From contig VRVR01000036.1 of the NCBI GenBank assembly GCA_009859145.1, positions 136,604-200,603 on the forward strand: a stretch of 64,000 nt of DNA, written 5' to 3'. Shown here piece after piece: positions 62,289-64,000 of this stretch. Position 1 is the first letter of the stretch, and every line of letters begins with the position of its first letter. The stretch is from Andalucia godoyi And28. Its lineage: Eukaryota; Protista; Jakobida. The translations under genes and the position numbers were made by a program. The notes below the pieces were generated by a model. That model searched no databases. It was not told the DNA's origin and worked only from the letters and a program-made list of their open reading frames with translations.

Positions 62289-64000
62289 ATGGTGATCATT
62301 CATCTGCAGAACATTTCGCGTCTTGTGTTTCATCTCTTGGCGTTCTTTGCCTTGTTTTCTCCTTTTTATAATTTCTCCTATGCTCAGAACTGCGCAGTCG
62401 GGTCCTATTGGGGCGGCGCTTCGTGTCTTGTATGTCCAACAGGGACGTTTGGCTTTATGCCGTCGCAGACTTCGTGCACACAATGTCCGGCAGGTTCGTA
62501 TCAGGGGCTTACGAATATAATGACGCCGGCAGGATGCATGCTTTGTCCGCAGGGTCATTACGGTCCGACAGCGGGCCGCACCGCATGTTTGCCGTGCGCT
62601 GCAGGATCCTACAGGAGTTCCACGGACCTTGTCTCGAGTACGACGTTTTCTGTTGGAGGACTTATCAAGAAATCGTACTCAGGAAATCCGTATCTTACGA
62701 CGCTGACATCTGTCACGTTCGACACGACGAGTCCGCTGAGCATTCCGTACAACTCAATTACGGGCAACTTGATTTCGTTCGAGTGGAGCGGGTACGTCCG
62801 AATTCCAGTGACAGGGTCCTATGTGTTTTCATCGACTGCGGACGATGGACAAAGACTGTATCTGAACGGAGTCTTGGAAATCAACAATTGGGTGGATCAG
62901 CCATCGACCACTCAGACAACGACTTCGAGGAGCTATACCGCGGGGACATTTTTGCCAATCAAAGGACAGATGTATCAGAACGGGGGGAACATAGAGTATG
63001 CAGTGAAGTGGACGTATCCGGGGAACCCCACCTTTTCCTTGATTCCGACGTCAATGTTGTATCCAGTGTCGTTGTCGGCGGGTTCAACAACTTACATTTC
63101 GGGGCTTGCAACGTCGTGTCTGCTTTGTTCTGCCGGGTATTTTGGCAATTCTACGGGACAAACAACTGCTGGTGACGCATGCTATCCTTGTCCCGACAAT
63201 GCGTATTCGACTGCAGGAGCTTCGTCTTGTACATCGTGCTCTCTTGGATGGGTGTTGAACGCCGGAAAGACGGCGTGTGTGCAATGTCCATCGAATCAAT
63301 ATACAAACTCGTCGACTGGATACACTTGCCAAACTTGTCCTCCTGGAAATGAGCCTTCTGCGGCGCATTCTTCTTGCACAAAATGCACTCTCAATAAGTA
63401 TTCGTCTTCGTCCACTTCGTTTGTTTGCCAGACTTGTTCCGCTGGGTCACAACCGAATGTTGTGGGTACTGCGTGTGACGCTTGCTCTTCAACAACGTAC
63501 TCCAATGCGTCAACCGGTTTTCTTTGTGCAAGTTGTTCTCCAGGCAATGAGCCGAACTCTCTCAGAACGGGTTGTTCCAAGTGTGCTGCGAACATGTACT
63601 CGAATGCATCGACGTCGTTTGTGTGTTCTGCGTGCCCTCCGCTTCAGGAGCCAAATGCAGCGCTCACTGGGTGTGTTCCGTGCCCGTCTAATTCCTACTA
63701 CAATGCATCGACGAACGGCCGGTGTGCGTACTGCCCTCCCGGGTCCGGACCGACTGCTGGTCAGAGTGGGTGCGGTAGCTGCCCGACGAACAGGTATTCG
63801 AATGCCAGCAGCTTGTTTGTCTGCACGTTGTGTCCTGCAATGCATCAGCCGAATTCTGGCCTGACGGGATGCACGTCGTGCCTCGGGAATACATATTGGA
63901 ATGCATCGACGAGTGGCCTGTGTGCGACTTGCCCGGCTGGTAATGAGCCAAATTTGCTCAAGATCGGTTGCCAAAGTTGCGCGTCGAACATGTACTCGAA
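62289..64000 (+). CDS. Secreted/surface protein with PA14 domain and Cys-rich GCC2/GCC3 (ephrin-receptor-like) repeats, 3' truncated
   Basis: Not in the ORF track because it has no stop in the window. Translated by hand: MVIIHLQ..signal..CP.G repeats, then FEWSGYVRIPVTGSYVFSSTADDGQRLYLNG..INNWVDQ (PA14), then CxxC/CP.G repeats. Confidence 0.88.
   Translation, partial: MVIIHLQNISRLVFHLLAFFALFSPFYNFSYAQNCAVGSYWGGASCLVCPTGTFGFMPSQTSCTQCPAGSYQGLTNIMTPAGCMLCPQGHYGPTAGRTACLPCAAGSYRSSTDLVSSTTFSVGGLIKKSYSGNPYLTTLTSVTFDTTSPLSIPYNSITGNLISFEWSGYVRIPVTGSYVFSSTADDGQRLYLNGVLEINNWVDQPSTTQTTTSRSYTAGTFLPIKGQMYQNGGNIEYAVKWTYPGNPTFSLIPTSMLYPVSLSAGSTTYISGLATSCLLCSAGYFGNSTGQTTAGDACYPCPDNAYSTAGASSCTSCSLGWVLNAGKTACVQCPSNQYTNSSTGYTCQTCPPGNEPSAAHSSCTKCTLNKYSSSSTSFVCQTCSAGSQPNVVGTACDACSSTTYSNASTGFLCASCSPGNEPNSLRTGCSKCAANMYSNASTSFVCSACPPLQEPNAALTGCVPCPSNSYYNASTNGRCAYCPPGSGPTAGQSGCGSCPTNRYSNASSLFVCTLCPAMHQPNSGLTGCTSCLGNTYWNASTSGLCATCPAGNEPNLLKIGCQSCASNMYS

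Noticed and set aside
62408-63175. 255-aa ORF in an alternative frame
   Set aside because: Overlaps the PA14/Cys-rich CDS, whose frame has a signal peptide and recognisable motifs.

Overview
Gene-dense eukaryotic DNA of roughly balanced GC: about 28 protein-coding genes, mostly intronless, with a few short GT-AG introns (GTATG donors) and short microsatellite-rich spacers. This fits a compact protist genome; a jakobid/discoban-type flagellate is a guess, not something the sequence proves. Recognisable genes: a bromodomain C-terminus, GCP6-like gamma-tubulin complex protein, 4E-BP, P5A ATPase, Old Yellow Enzyme, eIF3b, Pif1, DapF, a GNAT, a Cache-HAMP adenylate cyclase, a two-pore channel, an O-fucosyltransferase-like enzyme, a ferric reductase, cysteine synthase, proline dehydrogenase and a PA14/Cys-rich surface protein. 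The most unusual items are four. (1) A 1396-aa type II membrane protein whose ectodomain looks built from phage-tail-fibre-like repeats capped by seven Cys-stapled propeller blades. (2) An ammonium-transporter-like protein with a signal peptide and a ~350-aa heavily N-glycosylated coiled-coil stalk. (3) Two dispersed non-coding repeat families (A x3, B x3) with conserved hairpins, joined end to end at 38.4-39.2 kb; the two full B copies are bounded by CGGCT direct repeats. (4) Several bacterial-looking genes and apparent pseudo-enzymes. No rRNA, tRNA, CRISPR array or intact transposase/RT was found. All family assignments come from motif recognition by eye; no database search was run.
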